A stretch of DNA of 63,848 nt, filler included, from Calcarisporiella thermophila CBS 279.70 (lineage: Eukaryota; Fungi; Calcarisporiellomycota), in assembly GCF_041956535.1 (NCBI RefSeq). It is 8 parts of 8 records of this genome, joined end to end, with 100 filler letters (N's around TTAATTAATTAA, not from the genome) between each part and the next. Parts side by side here need not be neighbours in the genome. Positions count along the whole stretch, not along the records: positions 41,124 to 59,365 come from NW_027192223.1; positions 59,466 to 61,824 come from NW_027192290.1; positions 61,925 to 63,848 come from NW_027192202.1; 5 more parts are not named here. One strand, written 5' to 3'. Below are positions 52,015-63,848 of this stretch, one piece after another. The translations under genes and the position numbers were made by a program. A model generated the notes under the pieces. That model saw nothing but the letters and a program-made list of their open reading frames with translations, had not been told where the DNA came from and ran no database searches. Numbering within the stretch: position 1 is the stretch's first letter; the number at the start of each line of letters is the position of its first letter.

Positions 52015-52082
52015 CTTGAATCTTGAACCTTGAACTCTGAATATTAATCTTGAACCTTGAACCGAATCCCGAATCTTGAATC
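52015..52082. repeat. Degenerate short tandem repeat (CTTGAAY-like units)
   Basis: cttgaatcttgaaccttgaac... at the edge of the N gap. Confidence 0.6.
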
Positions 52083-52099
52083 CGTATTGTTACAATTGC

Positions 52100-52928
52100 A
52101 GGAGAGAGGTGGCATCGCCCTGATTTCAAAACCTCTCCAAGTGGTCGCCCTCGAGTTTTGAGTGAGAAGCAAGAGAGAAAGATAGCTACACTACTATCAT
52201 CGGGTCAGTGTAAAAATGCAACTGCAGTTAGAAAGTATCTCAAGGACGAATATGAGCTCGATGTGTCCATCGGTGTTGTGAGGCTAGCAGTCAAACGTAA
52301 CGAACTGCTTACCCGTGTGCGACCAAAGAAGCCTCTTCTCACAACTGCTCACCGAAGACGGAGGATGGAGTTTGCGAGGAAGTATAAAGATTGGACTGTG
52401 GATGATTGGAAGCGAGTAGTATTTTCAGATGAAACGCAGATTACCTTCGTGAATTCAACTGTAAGAGAATACTATTATAAGCACAAAGGCGAGCCACTTC
52501 GCAGTCGCCATATTAGGTCAATGCTAAAACACGGTGGTGGGTTTTTGATGGCGTGGGGCTGCGTCACTTCACAGGGCATCGGTAATTTGTGCCGTATCGA
52601 TGGAGGGTTCGACTCCGTATTGTACACAACTATCCTCAGTGAAGACTACCTTAAATCGCTGGAGTATTATGGGATCCCTAAATCACAAGTCATATTCCAG
52701 CATGACAACGACCCCAAACATACCTCCATTATCACTCGTGAATGGTTGCGGAATAATAGGATAGAGGTACTAGAGTGGCCCTCCCAGTCTCCAGATCTTA
52801 ACATTATGGAGCACATGTGGAGTGAGTTGAAGCGAAGGCTCAGGTATTACCAAAGACTGCCAAAGAATATGACTGAGCTATGGGAACGAATCGAGAAGGA
52901 GTGGGATAGCATAGATCTTGAACCCTAA
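52100..52928 (+). mobile_element. Tc1/mariner (DDE) transposase, truncated at both ends
   Basis: GRPR, KKPLL, VVFSDET, FQHDNDPKH, WPSQSPDLNIMEH. Confidence 0.92.
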
Positions 52929-55900
52929 ATAGTTGGAGTGGAGTTGACTGGCGCATGGCTGATAAGATTTTCCCAGAGATCTGTTGACGGCATGTTTATA
53001 ACCAAAAAATCTCTCGGGTCCTGGTTTTCATATGGTATTAAATTGTTATCCCCAATGTCGAAGGTGGAAGAGTTCAATTACTGTGGAATTGAGTACGATT
53101 CTGGGATTTGTACCTACGTATCGATAAAGATTGCATTTACTTTCTCCAAAGGTTTGATATGTGCGCCTACAACCTTGAATGATTTATTCCGTCTTAATTC
53201 AAGCAGAGCTTCTGGTTTCTAAGTCATGAACAGAAGCGCCAATAATTGTAACAATTGGATTTGGATTAATATATAATGCCATGATATGATACAATATTCT
53301 GCTATATCCGAATTGGATCTACAATTCCTATGATAAGTCGGGCGGATATTTTGGGGGAGACATCAATAATTGAGGTTCAGCAGATAGCTTTGACGCTGCC
53401 CTCACAAATGGTGCGTATGGTGAAATCCACTGATGTCCCTGGTTGGCTTTAACATCGTAGTTTTTGTTTGACAATTCTGATTTTCGCTATTGTCAGTATC
53501 ATATTAGACCGAAATATCTAGTACTTTATTTGCGATATTGATATATGAGAATTGGCCCTTTATACTCTGAAACGCTTGATTTATGCTTTCCAAGTTAAAA
53601 TAATATAGTTTTTGCTTTAACCTAAAAGAATAATGAGATTTACGAGATGAGATAACGTTTGTTTTAAGGAGACCTTTATATAATTTAGAAAATACTATGC
53701 TTCCACGACATTATGGCATTGTTAATATTTATAGTCATGACTCCTTCATATTCTCCTTAAGTTAGATATATATATATCAGGGTGTAAAAAGGGTTATTCA
53801 AACGCTTGTTTTAATTATGATAAGGGGTTTTCTGTGGAATTGTAACGCGAAAATGATATTAGTCAGATAATAAAAATCAAATCATATTTTTATCATATAA
53901 AAGTGAAATCTCCTAAAACTAATCCAATAAATATTTCAAATTTCCATTAATATACAATGTATTACCTATCGTGTTAAATGAAACTACCCTCAGAGTCGAT
54001 TTTATAAAGAAAATGCAGTCATGAAACTGGAAAGCCTATAAGCTTGTAGGTTCGGCATTTAATTAGAAAAATTTTCCCAAAGCACTAAATTAGAATTCAA
54101 AGTTGCTGTGCAGACCCCTTAAAGCAAGAAAAACAAATGTGCCAACAATTTATCCGAGGATAAAGTTTGAGATTATTAATTTATATAATAAGAGGAATCG
54201 CAAATACTTCTGATTACGAAGAAGAAAACTATTCAACTTACATCCATTCTAAGACCTTTTTCTAAGATAATGAAGATTCTCTACAACTTCTGCATTCAGC
54301 CTTCACTTAGCGCAATACTTCCCTCCGAACTCCTAAGGCTCTCGGGCTTTGAAGCAATTATGCCATCCATGTATTATCAGTTGACTGTCCCATTCTAATA
54401 TATGTAGAACAACCATCATCTTAATCGAGGTCCACTCATATTCAACTATAGGACCCATAATAATAATCTTAATAATAAGAAAATATTGCCTATATCTCTT
54501 TCATAATTTTTACTCAAAGTACTTGTAATGAAACACCTCAGAGTTTGGTTTATATTAATAAGGCTGACCTAAAACATGTATCATGGCAAAAAAAAATAAC
54601 GGTATAGTAAGTTTAGTATAATCGTTTGTTCAAAGTTTCAATCTAAGTGATGCTCGAGCACGAGGTGGGAAATATTATGCAAGTAGTTATAATTACGGAA
54701 ATGGTTTATTTAAATTTTAGATGAACGAGGTCAAGTTGATTGTCATCGCCAGATTTAAAATCACAACTTTGAAGCTAAGATTCCAAATGATATGGTTGTT
54801 GTAATGTCCCTTAGGATTACATATGTGTCAATATAGAATAAGGCAATCATAACATACCAAATCCCAATTCCTAAATTAGAGCAATAAAACAAAACAAATT
54901 CATATTAAATTCTTCACATAAAATGAAAAACAACTATAATGTAATTTCGAACGATATCCTATAATGTAATGAGAGGAGCCGCAGAAGAGCATATATTCGC
55001 GAACCCACAAGTGGTTGGACATTATATGAGCAAATCTAAAGTGATACAGATTATGAGATACCTCCATGAGGGCGTTCATCAACGACCAAAGCGTCATTAG
55101 GCTTCAAAAGAACTGGCTAGACTTTAGGATCTGTTACTATCCACACCCCGTTAGAAAGTGCTTGAGATAATCTTGCTGTTAATTAAAGGTGACATGGTTC
55201 ATTGCATATTCCTCTTTCAACTTCATCCTTTCGGTCAGTTCGAGTATTATTAATACTCTGGGAATAAATTCTTCAAGATTTTTGCGGATTTCAGTTGTTG
55301 AGATTTTAACAAAAGAAGAAAACTTCTACATATTTCTCTACCTCATTTGATTCAATTAGCGTCCCTCTTGGCAAATGGTAAGCATATGAAAATGTCTACT
55401 ATATTGTTAGGTTAAAGTATTGAGAGGAAAATGATGATTATTTTTTCAAACCCTAAAGGAATTAGTCGGAAAATAAAAAAGCACCGGGGAAAACCTTGAG
55501 CGTTTATACACTTTACTGGCATTCCAACATCCGGGTATACTGCTCTGCTTAATTTTAGATTTATTGGATAAATAAATAAGAAAAGGAAACTTCTAACCTG
55601 TGAGCAACCAACTTTTTTCTTTACACGTAAACAATCGAAGGTAAATTAGCCTAAAAGGGAAGTAATTGCAGAGATATGTGAACTTTTCAAAAATAGTTTC
55701 CAGCTATAATGCTGTGTTTATTCAATGAAAGTATCGTCCCTAGTGCTGAGGCTTATTTTGAACGTGTCAAAGACTCCTTGAATTACAGAAAACAGACCGA
55801 AGGAATAGATAGAGAAAATTAATATCAACGAGGGATAGTGGAGTGTAAATGATGGGTGGCTAATCTTGTTCAAGATTGGAACGATGAATGTTCGAGTGCC

Positions 55901-57214
55901 TTGCTGATCTCGTCGCCCCAAGCTAATTCTACGATCAACGAATCAGTCGCCTCGTTCAAATTCTTACTCTAAGCCTCCAAAAATTGGTTGTGTAAAGCGC
56001 GTTTTGAGAGCAAGAATAAAGCATCAGCAAGTTGTGCTACATTGGCTGTGATTCGTGTAAAACTAAGAAATCTACATTGTCAGCATTTAGTATGTTTTAT
56101 TTCACTTCAGTAGAAATACTTTATTTAGAGTAATGGTATCAAGGATTTTTTCACTCTTAGGTTCTCTTGGCTGGTAAAAAAAGGAATATTAGCTAAGATG
56201 ATTTCCTCTTAGTACTAAACATCGTAGATAAAACCTGAATCCGGGGAAAACCTGGCAATCATCTCCAAATATTTTTCAATGTTTCATTCATGTGGCTTTG
56301 TACACGAAAAGTAGACACCACATAGAGGAGAATAAGCTCTCAACGTTTTTGCGAGATGATTGATCACACATTCCTAATGGCTTTTTTATTATACCTCACG
56401 GTTGGTTTGTTTTTAGAGTTCTATTTCCCGAGTCCCGAACAAACGGTCGTTTCAATTAGTCGGCGTCCATACCCATTTGGACATTCACAGCCCATCGGAT
56501 CATCCCGTGAAACTGTCCATATTTGTTTGGTTAAATTGATTTGTTAAAGTGTTTAATCTCTGGGAACTGAAACAAATAACAAATATTCCACGATTTAATA
56601 TACCGAGGAGATTCAAGGAGTCGTGTTTGTCAAATGATTTGACAAATGACAGAGGAGCCGCACTATCACTGCACACGGATCAGAAGAGCTGAGAAATATC
56701 ATGGCTTACCTTGGTGTGAGCACAACAATCTAAATCAAGGCCCCATTCACTGCACACGATGTGTTATCATAATGGATCAAGTTGAACAAATGCCCGTGGG
56801 TCCAGCTTTCTGGGGGAGCGAACCCAGCTGGCGATACGCAAGGGCCAACTCTGCGATACACTTGTGAAACAGAAGGACGAGTCACAGTGCTCCATCCCAT
56901 GAGCTGATTAGTGTACCAAAGGTGGGACAAGAATTTATTGAGGGAGATAGCCCGTTATAAAAAGCAAACGCCTTGTGAACTACTGCTTCGGCTCTACGGA
57001 GGTACTGCATCAATGGTTCCCTCAAACTTCTAATGTGATATCCAATATCTCACGACGTGCCTAGCGTGGGGAAAAGAGTAAGCTTAATACTTGAATGAAT
57101 CCGGTCTCACCTGGATATTTTTGCCCATAATCTGTGGCTTTATTGATTTTCCGTTTTACCTGACAAACTCAGGTGACGTCGATTGATTGGCCAGGTATAT
57201 GCCACTGGAAGAGC

Positions 57215-58368
57215 ATGAAATTCGCTGATATTCGAAAGCGGGACATTTATAACTACCTCGATTGCACCGAGTCCCCCCTCCCGCAAACCCCAAGACTGTT
57301 GAAGTTGCTGGATGAAGCGACTAAGAATCAAACCATCATGGATGACCTTTACAGACCTCTAGCTTGCTATGGAGTAGGTTTATCTGTGGCCACCGTCATC
57401 GCGTCCATGGCTGCGCTTCTAACGGGGAGCACTCATACTCTACGCAAATGGACGCCAGTGCTTCTCTATTCGCTAGGCATCACGGACATTGTGTATGGGC
57501 AGATTAAGGTGATGCAGTTGAATTCGCACGGCCTCAGCTGCGTCCTCATCGAATCGATGTCCGTTCTGTTTTACATTGGTGCCAGCGTAATCCAGTATAT
57601 GTTCCTCCTAGCTCGATATATTGAAGTCTATGGCTTCCACGACAACAAGAAGCGTGTCATACTCGCCCTGATACTTAACCTCGCCTACACAGCTTGTATA
57701 CCAGTTTCCATGTCCATGAACAGAACCACCAGGAATGAAGCGACCGGAGAGTGCGAAGTATTCCACCCCCCTGTTTCTGCCTATATGCCCACCGCAATAG
57801 GAATCTTAACATCGGCATACATGACCGGCATATTCGTGGGTCCTCTCCTCGGAAGAAGAGGCAGCGGTCACCAGCGAGAAACCATCACTATCGGCAAGAT
57901 TCTGCTAATCACTAGTATTCTTGCCACATTCTCCGCTGGAGCCTTCAATGTGACCCTTGCCACTCCATTGGGTCGTTTTGCCTCGGTTCTCTCCATGGCA
58001 GACCTTGCGTTCAACTATGTGATGCTCTCAATTCCGTACTTGTAAGCTGATGATGTTAAACTCTTTTATATCCTTACCATTAATTCCAAATGATCGGGTA
58101 TAGTGTTGCCCGGATTCGAGCGGCCGAAAAAATGCGATCGATGGTGTCGAGAAGTTCGGAAGATTTCCCTCGCGGGCAGAATGACTACAACGATCTCCAG
58201 ACTACGGATGGTGAGCTGCACGAATCCGAATACCCCAAAATCCCTGGTCCCGTCTATTCTTCTGACAGTCCTGCGGCAAAAGACATTGAAATCACAATAG
58301 CATCCGACTGTGATCCCGGTGTTCCAGTGAGGGAAAACTCAAATACTACCTTATTGAAGTGTTCCTGA
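57215..58368 (+). CDS. GPCR-like multi-pass (about 7TM) membrane protein, 2 exons
   Basis: About seven hydrophobic segments, Cys before TM3 and in the TM4-5 loop, intron at ~58042-58102, acidic C-tail. The start is uncertain (57215 or 57338). Confidence 0.55.
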
Positions 58369-60035
58369 AAACGACGGTGCGAATTTTCAATCTTGCATTC
58401 CACTCTTGCAATATCTTACTCTTTTGAGGAGAAATATCCCCATGGCACGCTCTCCGGCTTATATCGACACTATCGGAGACCAAAACGCGCTTGAGATTTT
58501 TAGCCTATTGAACTCTATTTTCGTCAGACGCCAATAATGTGTTTTCTCAATCCTCTATTCTTCTACCACTCGCAATGTCCGTTGGACTTTAATTCAGTGC
58601 GGGGTAAATAAAAGCGCTGTTCTTCTCTCTAAATGCTTCCGAGTGTGGTGAATGCCATCGCAGCAAAAATTGAGAGCCAACCTTACCAACTCTATTTTTC
58701 CCATTCATACACATCGCATTAGTGTGCGCACAGAGTAAAAAGAAAAAGTAATATAAAACTTCTCAAGAATTACTCTTTCGGCTGGGTCAATTTTTCTTTT
58801 ATGGCTTGTGGTACTTAGATTAGGCTCGCCCCAGTGAATGCCTTAACTATTTCAACTAATGAGTATATAGGTGCCTCACCAATGAAATTCTTGCTCAAGA
58901 ATTGATCCTATGAGTTCTCTCTGCCTTAATGATCGCATCGGAACATGCCATCTTCTAACGCTACTATCATATCTCATCATCCTAATTTCTATTAGACGCA
59001 ATAAATTCTAATTGTTCGCATGGAACTGTAGTATTATAGGGACACATTCAGACAATTGTAACCTGGCATCAACGGGGCTTGAAGTCAGAAACGGCTTCAG
59101 TGTCAATGACATTAGTCCTGGGATTTGACAATTGACTATTCGTCTTTGTGGGAAAATGTCAATGCCTTTTAGGATGGTGCTCTAACTCGTTTCTGTCTTG
59201 CATATTAATTTACTAAAGCATAAGTGTATCCAAATGCAGTTTAACTTTTTGCCTGCTTATAGATATATTTCTCCTAGTATCAAGCATCGAAATGCCACCG
59301 TCTTTCTTATATTCTCACTCCACATGAAAAACGTTTCCACTTCAGTACTTGGACAACTTTCACGCNNNNNNNNNNNNNNNNNNNNNNNNNNNNNNNNNNN
59401 NNNNNNNNNTTAATTAATTAANNNNNNNNNNNNNNNNNNNNNNNNNNNNNNNNNNNNNNNNNNNNAAAGATTACTGCAGGCGATAATTGAACGAGGAGTT
59501 TTTTAAAATGCTGCTTTTTGATAATAACTTGAATTATCAAAAATCGATGTAATAGAGGATATATTTTAATAAATATTTCCTTGTGCTGTTTGCTATACAA
59601 AAAGAAATAAAGTTCAATATGTCTTTCTAATTCTCTTCTGACTCAAATGAATCCAAAGCTATTGAAGCTCCGATTAATTACTCGGTACCTGCTAAAAAAT
59701 AGATTATTCCTACCAAGTTCTGAATTGATGGATTTTGAATTAAGCTCAAACTCTAAACTCGCCACAATGAGTACAAGCGCTACATCGACAATGATAGTCG
59801 AAGTAAAATTTTCGAGGTAACTAGCCACCACCACGCCAGCGATATTGAATACACTATGATTCATTTTTTTTTATTGCTTCTGTGGAGATTGCCCAATGCC
59901 TTCAGCCTCATTCTGACATTTTATGCTCTGACTTGTAATAAACCAACGAGATATACATTTTATTGATACCGATATCCTTATGCTATCCATGTTCTATCGA
60001 AATAATAAAAATTCAAAACCTTACATTACAAATAT

Positions 60036-60400
60036 TCACAGAATGCATCCGCCACTCCACCGCAGTCCTCCCTGATCAGAATAATCAAAATAAGTGACTG
60101 GCTTCAGAACCATGGCTCGTTGAACGCGGTTTAAGCTAGTTTGCTGCTTCACCTCTTCTGGTTCAATCCCCTCCATTACCTCTATGCCCGCCATAGAACC
60201 AAATGTATATGGAGGTTCCTGCATAGATTTTGTCGAGCAGTTTAAACGTTTTTGCTCGGACTATGAAAATTGAGCAAAGAAATTAATCAATGACTGTCAA
60301 ACACTTAGTTCGTAAATTTGGGGTGTAATCAATGTACCCTGTCCAAAATGTCTGCTCCTTTTCGCTTGACTCCAATCTGCTGAGCTTCCACAAGTACCAT
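60036..60400 (-). CDS. Small hypothetical protein, 2 exons
   Basis: MVLVEAQQIGVKRKGADILDR, then a GTACAT...CATAG intron, joined in frame to SEQKRL...WSGGCIL*. Confidence 0.45.
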
Positions 60401-61405
60401 TTCTTTGGCAAAGTATTTCGTGTAGAAATACAACGGAGTTAAATAAAATAAATATAAAATAGAGGGAGAGGAACAAAAATTTAAGGAAGAGAACAGAAAT
60501 TTCAGGAGTATCTCAATAGGCAATTAAAAAATATTATTATACCCCTGGATTAGTTATGGAGAGTTTTTATTTCACAAGAAAAATGGCCAATTATTTCGGA
60601 TCTTTTTATCAGGGATCGAATTTCGATGGTTGAAACAAGCAGTGTGAAAATTGATTTCCAATCCTTATCAAAATTACCCTAACCTTTAGTGAGTTCTAGG
60701 CTCAATTTTTAGAATTGAAAATGAGCTGTGAGAGAAGCCAGATATTTTGTGGCTCATCGCACTTCTACTCCCTCTTGAGGCTTTATCACTGCGTCCAATC
60801 CGGAGAATATTGAGTAGTCCCTGTACTGGACTCCCATGCGTGGCAATCTACATATTCCGACCCTCTCTTTAGTAAAAAATGGGAAGGGCTGATGGCCGGC
60901 GTGTATTAATTATGACATGCTCTATTATCACTGAAGTTTCAGCCATAACATCTTCAATAAAGGAAGACAAAAAATGAGAAAGCTAAACAACAACCAAACA
61001 TTCATGCACATTGTTTTATTTTGTTCACATAGCGTCCTCACCCTAGACTCAAGCTGTAAGCTCTGCAACGCTGAGCACGGAATACACAATTAACTGAAAG
61101 GCACCGAGCTCAAAGTGGGAGCCAATAAGCTTAGGGAAAATGTATGCGATGGTTTTGGATCTGTGGCGTTGTACAGGTGTCATCCATCTCAGCAATCTTC
61201 TGCGCTGCAACCTGCTCTCATGCCGCAAACGAATTTATCCGAACTGTACTAGAAATGGCTGAATAAACTTTGATCCTAAATTTCTGGAATTAAATTATTT
61301 AATTTGTTATTCTATAAAGAAACTCGCCACTCTTACATAAAGAAAGTGTATACAATAAACTTAAAAAGCGTGTTAGAAGCTTTTTATCAATAATCAAAAG
61401 TGTTA

Positions 61406-61743
61406 TTTTTTTTTTTGATCAATTAATGGAAACTTTTATTTAATTTCCATATATTACATGAAGTTAATGTCAATGGACTTAACATGACGAGATATAAGTC
61501 CTTGATCGATAGACGTTCAATCGATATGCGTGTATCGTAGTTGTCGTGAATAGCCTGTACGTGAAACCAATGTAATCGTTGTACTTATCGTAAGGGCGAT
61601 CTTTTCAATGATCAAGACTCAGCTTCTGATCAAGTGGATAGCAGTCACAAACTAAGAGTAAGTGCTGGTGGGGGAAGTGGGATTCGAACCCACGCCGTTC
61701 TCATCGGCATCCCAGGGATAGTCCACTACACTAACCCTCCCCC
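61406..61743 (-). mobile_element. tRNA-derived SINE, copy 2
   Basis: Perfect 16-bp TSD ATAATCAAAAGTGTTA (61390-61405, 61744-61759), poly(A), A and B boxes. Confidence 0.92.
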
Positions 61744-61924
61744 ATAATCAAAAGTGTTAAGTGCGAAGGGAAATGGAAAAACAATTAGATTATAATCATC
61801 AAACTGAAAAAAAGTTCTGTTACANNNNNNNNNNNNNNNNNNNNNNNNNNNNNNNNNNNNNNNNNNNNTTAATTAATTAANNNNNNNNNNNNNNNNNNNN
61901 NNNNNNNNNNNNNNNNNNNNNNNN

Positions 61925-62066
61925 AATCTCGTTTTCCGTGATTCGACGGTCTTTTGTAACTTGGCTCTCAATTCTTCGAAGTAGCTTTCCCTCGGGAAGA
62001 TGCTCTTCGTGTTAAAGGGTATTCCCAGCAGAGTGAAGGATCCCTCTTCCTGTATATAGCGGCATC
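61925..62066 (-). mobile_element. 5'-truncated LINE RT fragment (older insertion)
   Basis: CRYIQEEGSFTLLGIPF..YFEELRAKLQKTVESRK, homologous to CEYIPAGGAITCLGIP at ~28670-28715. Confidence 0.75.
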
Positions 62067-62088
62067 GTCCTCGAATGTCAAGGATCCT

Positions 62089-62601
62089 TTTTTTTTTATC
62101 AATGCCGAGTCTTTATTGTATAGGAAGACTCTAAAATACAACTGTTACATTATTATAAGCAATAAAGTGAAAGGGAAGCCAAAGTTAAAACTTTGGGTGA
62201 TATCGTAGATCGAAATGATATGTTGGTCATATCGACTTTCAGCTCAAATAGGTAAGGGAATGGTGAAACTCAACTAACTGTGGATATCAAAGGATAGCAT
62301 GAGAAGTTGGGTGGGGAGTAAACAAATGGAAGCAGAGGATAGGAAGGGGATAAGATAGGGGTTACTGCGTTATCCCAGTATCAGTGCCGCTCCGATCGCT
62401 CCTTCTCTAACCGCACCCAGCTTGCACCATCTTTTTCGAAACTGTTCGATTTGCCGGTTTTTTCGTGCTCGGATTAGTTCGGCTCCTATCACTTCCTCAA
62501 TATCTAGTTTGGCCCGGCTGATGATTATTTCAGGTGAGGCTCGGGTGCTTTCGAAATGAAAGGCGATCCGATCTCGGTGGATTTGCCACAACACCGAGTG
62601 C
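62089..62601 (-). mobile_element. 5'-truncated young LINE (C-terminus, 3' UTR, poly(A))
   Basis: TSD AATGTCAAGGATCCT at 62074-62088 and 62602-62616. Encodes SVLWQIHRDRIAFHF..RWCKLGAV. Confidence 0.92.
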
Positions 62602-62666
62602 AATGTCAAGGATCCTCGGCTCGATGGCCAACTCCTCATTGGTTAAAACTACCACACTTCACAACA
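62602..62666 (-). mobile_element. 5' segment of a family E LTR, 11 nt upstream of tRNA-Val
   Basis: Begins TGTTGTG. Its continuation matches window positions 8-29. Confidence 0.65.
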
Positions 62667-62677
62667 TTATAGTGTTA

Positions 62678-62751
62678 GTTTTCGTGGTGTAGTTGGTTAT
62701 CACGTCTGTCTAACACACAGACGGTCTCCGGTTCGAATCCGGACGAAAACA
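62678..62751 (+). tRNA. tRNA-Val(AAC)
   Basis: GTTTTCG/CGAAAAC stem, TCTGT-CTAACAC-ACAGA anticodon arm, GGTTCGAATCC, downstream T5 terminator. Confidence 0.95.
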
Positions 62752-63604
62752 GTTTTTAAATTTTTAATCAAATAATAATAATAATACAATTTCAATATTG
62801 AATATCAATAGAATGAGCAAACCATCTTCCAGTGTTTTAATTTAATCATAAAATGTTAATTTCTATATATTTTAAAATATAGTTCTATTTCGATATAATT
62901 TACTTACGAAATTTAGCTAGATTATTACATGAATTTCTTACCAATATTGAAAATATAAAGTAATCCAAAGCTCCGTGGATTGTGCTCGTGGACCTGTTTA
63001 AAGCACATAACTATCAACGCAAAAGACCTCGAGTGCAACCCAAAGTGTACTCGTAATGATTTAAGTGATACAATTCAAAAATAAATTTTTGAATGCTCAA
63101 ACCTGCAGCAGTGTGGCAGTGAGCGAAGAGGTGTATCCACATCATCACAGGCCGCGAGCATGTCCAGGTATTTACCCTTCAATATCTTATATTGGGATTT
63201 TTACACGTAAGCTATTAAAAGAACGGTAAAAAACGGTAAGAAATGTTACCCGAATTATGCATGACACGAATAGCTGGCATTATACCAGGATCATAGTGGA
63301 TTCTGCGCCAGCAAAATCGTATATCTTTTGGGGCATTCACCGGCCATGCCAAATATAATATTGAAAATACCACAGAAGTCGAATTGATAAGAGAAAAAAC
63401 AGCAAGATATCGAGCAATTCCGAACGAGGGGGAAATATTAGAGTGGGGCGATGGAGAAGTAAACTGAAAGAGATTCACTATATTGGAAAGACGCAACAAT
63501 ATCTCTATTTTTACACTTTACATTTCTTATATTCTCTTTACAGTAAATGAGGGATCAGGATTCAACAAAAATATTTAGAGTTTAGAACATAATAGGAAAA
63601 TAAA

Positions 63605-63675
63605 TGCGTTAGCGGGGAATCGAACCCCGTCCTTTTCCTTGGAAGGGAAATATTGTACCAGTCAACTACTAACGC
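63605..63675 (-). tRNA. tRNA-Gly(TCC)
   Basis: GCGTTAG/CTAACGC stem, TTTCC-CTTCCAA-GGAAA anticodon arm, GGTTCGATTCC. Confidence 0.93.
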
Positions 63676-63689
63676 ATCAAATCACAGTT

Positions 63690-63760
63690 TGTTATGAGGA
63701 TATTGGCTTTTGTTACGGAAAAGTCACATAAGCAGTCACTCAGATACTAGGGAGGTGAAG
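63690..63760 (+). mobile_element. Diverged family C LTR 5' end, 14 nt upstream of tRNA-Gly(TCC)
   Basis: TGTTATGAG..TTGG.TTTTGTTACGGAAAAGTCACA..GCAGTCAC aligns with 3226, 4197 and 40958. Confidence 0.8.
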
Positions 63761-63848
63761 GAAAATGATCTCTTACGCCAATGTCGCCAAGAAACGCACT
63801 GGACAAACCAGTCTCCAACACGACCCCCCAATTAAACGCTCCTACTAA

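Noticed and set aside
50962-52129. Long ORFs of X residues
   Set aside because: Artefacts of the ~1 kb N gap.
62602-62660. Open frame SVVVLTNEELAIEPRIL as a continuation of LINE RT to -18 of tRNA-Val
   Set aside because: The match to window positions 8-29, which continue as LTR, and the TGTTGTG terminus favour an LTR origin. It is not fully excluded.

Overview
This is AT-rich eukaryotic DNA with short GT-AG introns and fungal-type genes, most likely from an early-diverging fungus (inference). It consists of about eight segments joined by artificial N-TTAATTAATTAA-N linkers, plus one ~1 kb N gap. Host genes include a PAK/Ste20 kinase, tyrosine aminotransferase, old yellow enzyme, FMO, mitochondrial ClpX, an ASNSD1-like gene, a Bin3/MePCE methyltransferase, a BBE-like FAD oxidoreductase, a protoglobin-type globin, a GPCR-like protein, two disrupted Crinkler-type ATPase genes and four intronless tRNA genes. 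Mobile DNA is abundant: Ty3/gypsy elements (one chromoviral), several solo-LTR families, L1/Tx1-like LINE 3' ends, Tc1/mariner, a Sola-like transposase and a tRNA-derived SINE. Main discovery: a two-tier system of retrotransposition targeted to tRNA genes. All four tRNA genes have an LTR terminus 10-14 nt upstream of the mature 5' end, and successive solo LTRs stack at the same base, separated by one repeated 4-bp target duplication. LINEs and the SINE insert about 75-85 nt upstream, into unrelated sequences, always with the 5' end facing the tRNA gene. This resembles a combination of yeast Ty3 and Dictyostelium TRE5 behaviour, and the SINE shares a 3' stem-loop with one of the LINEs.
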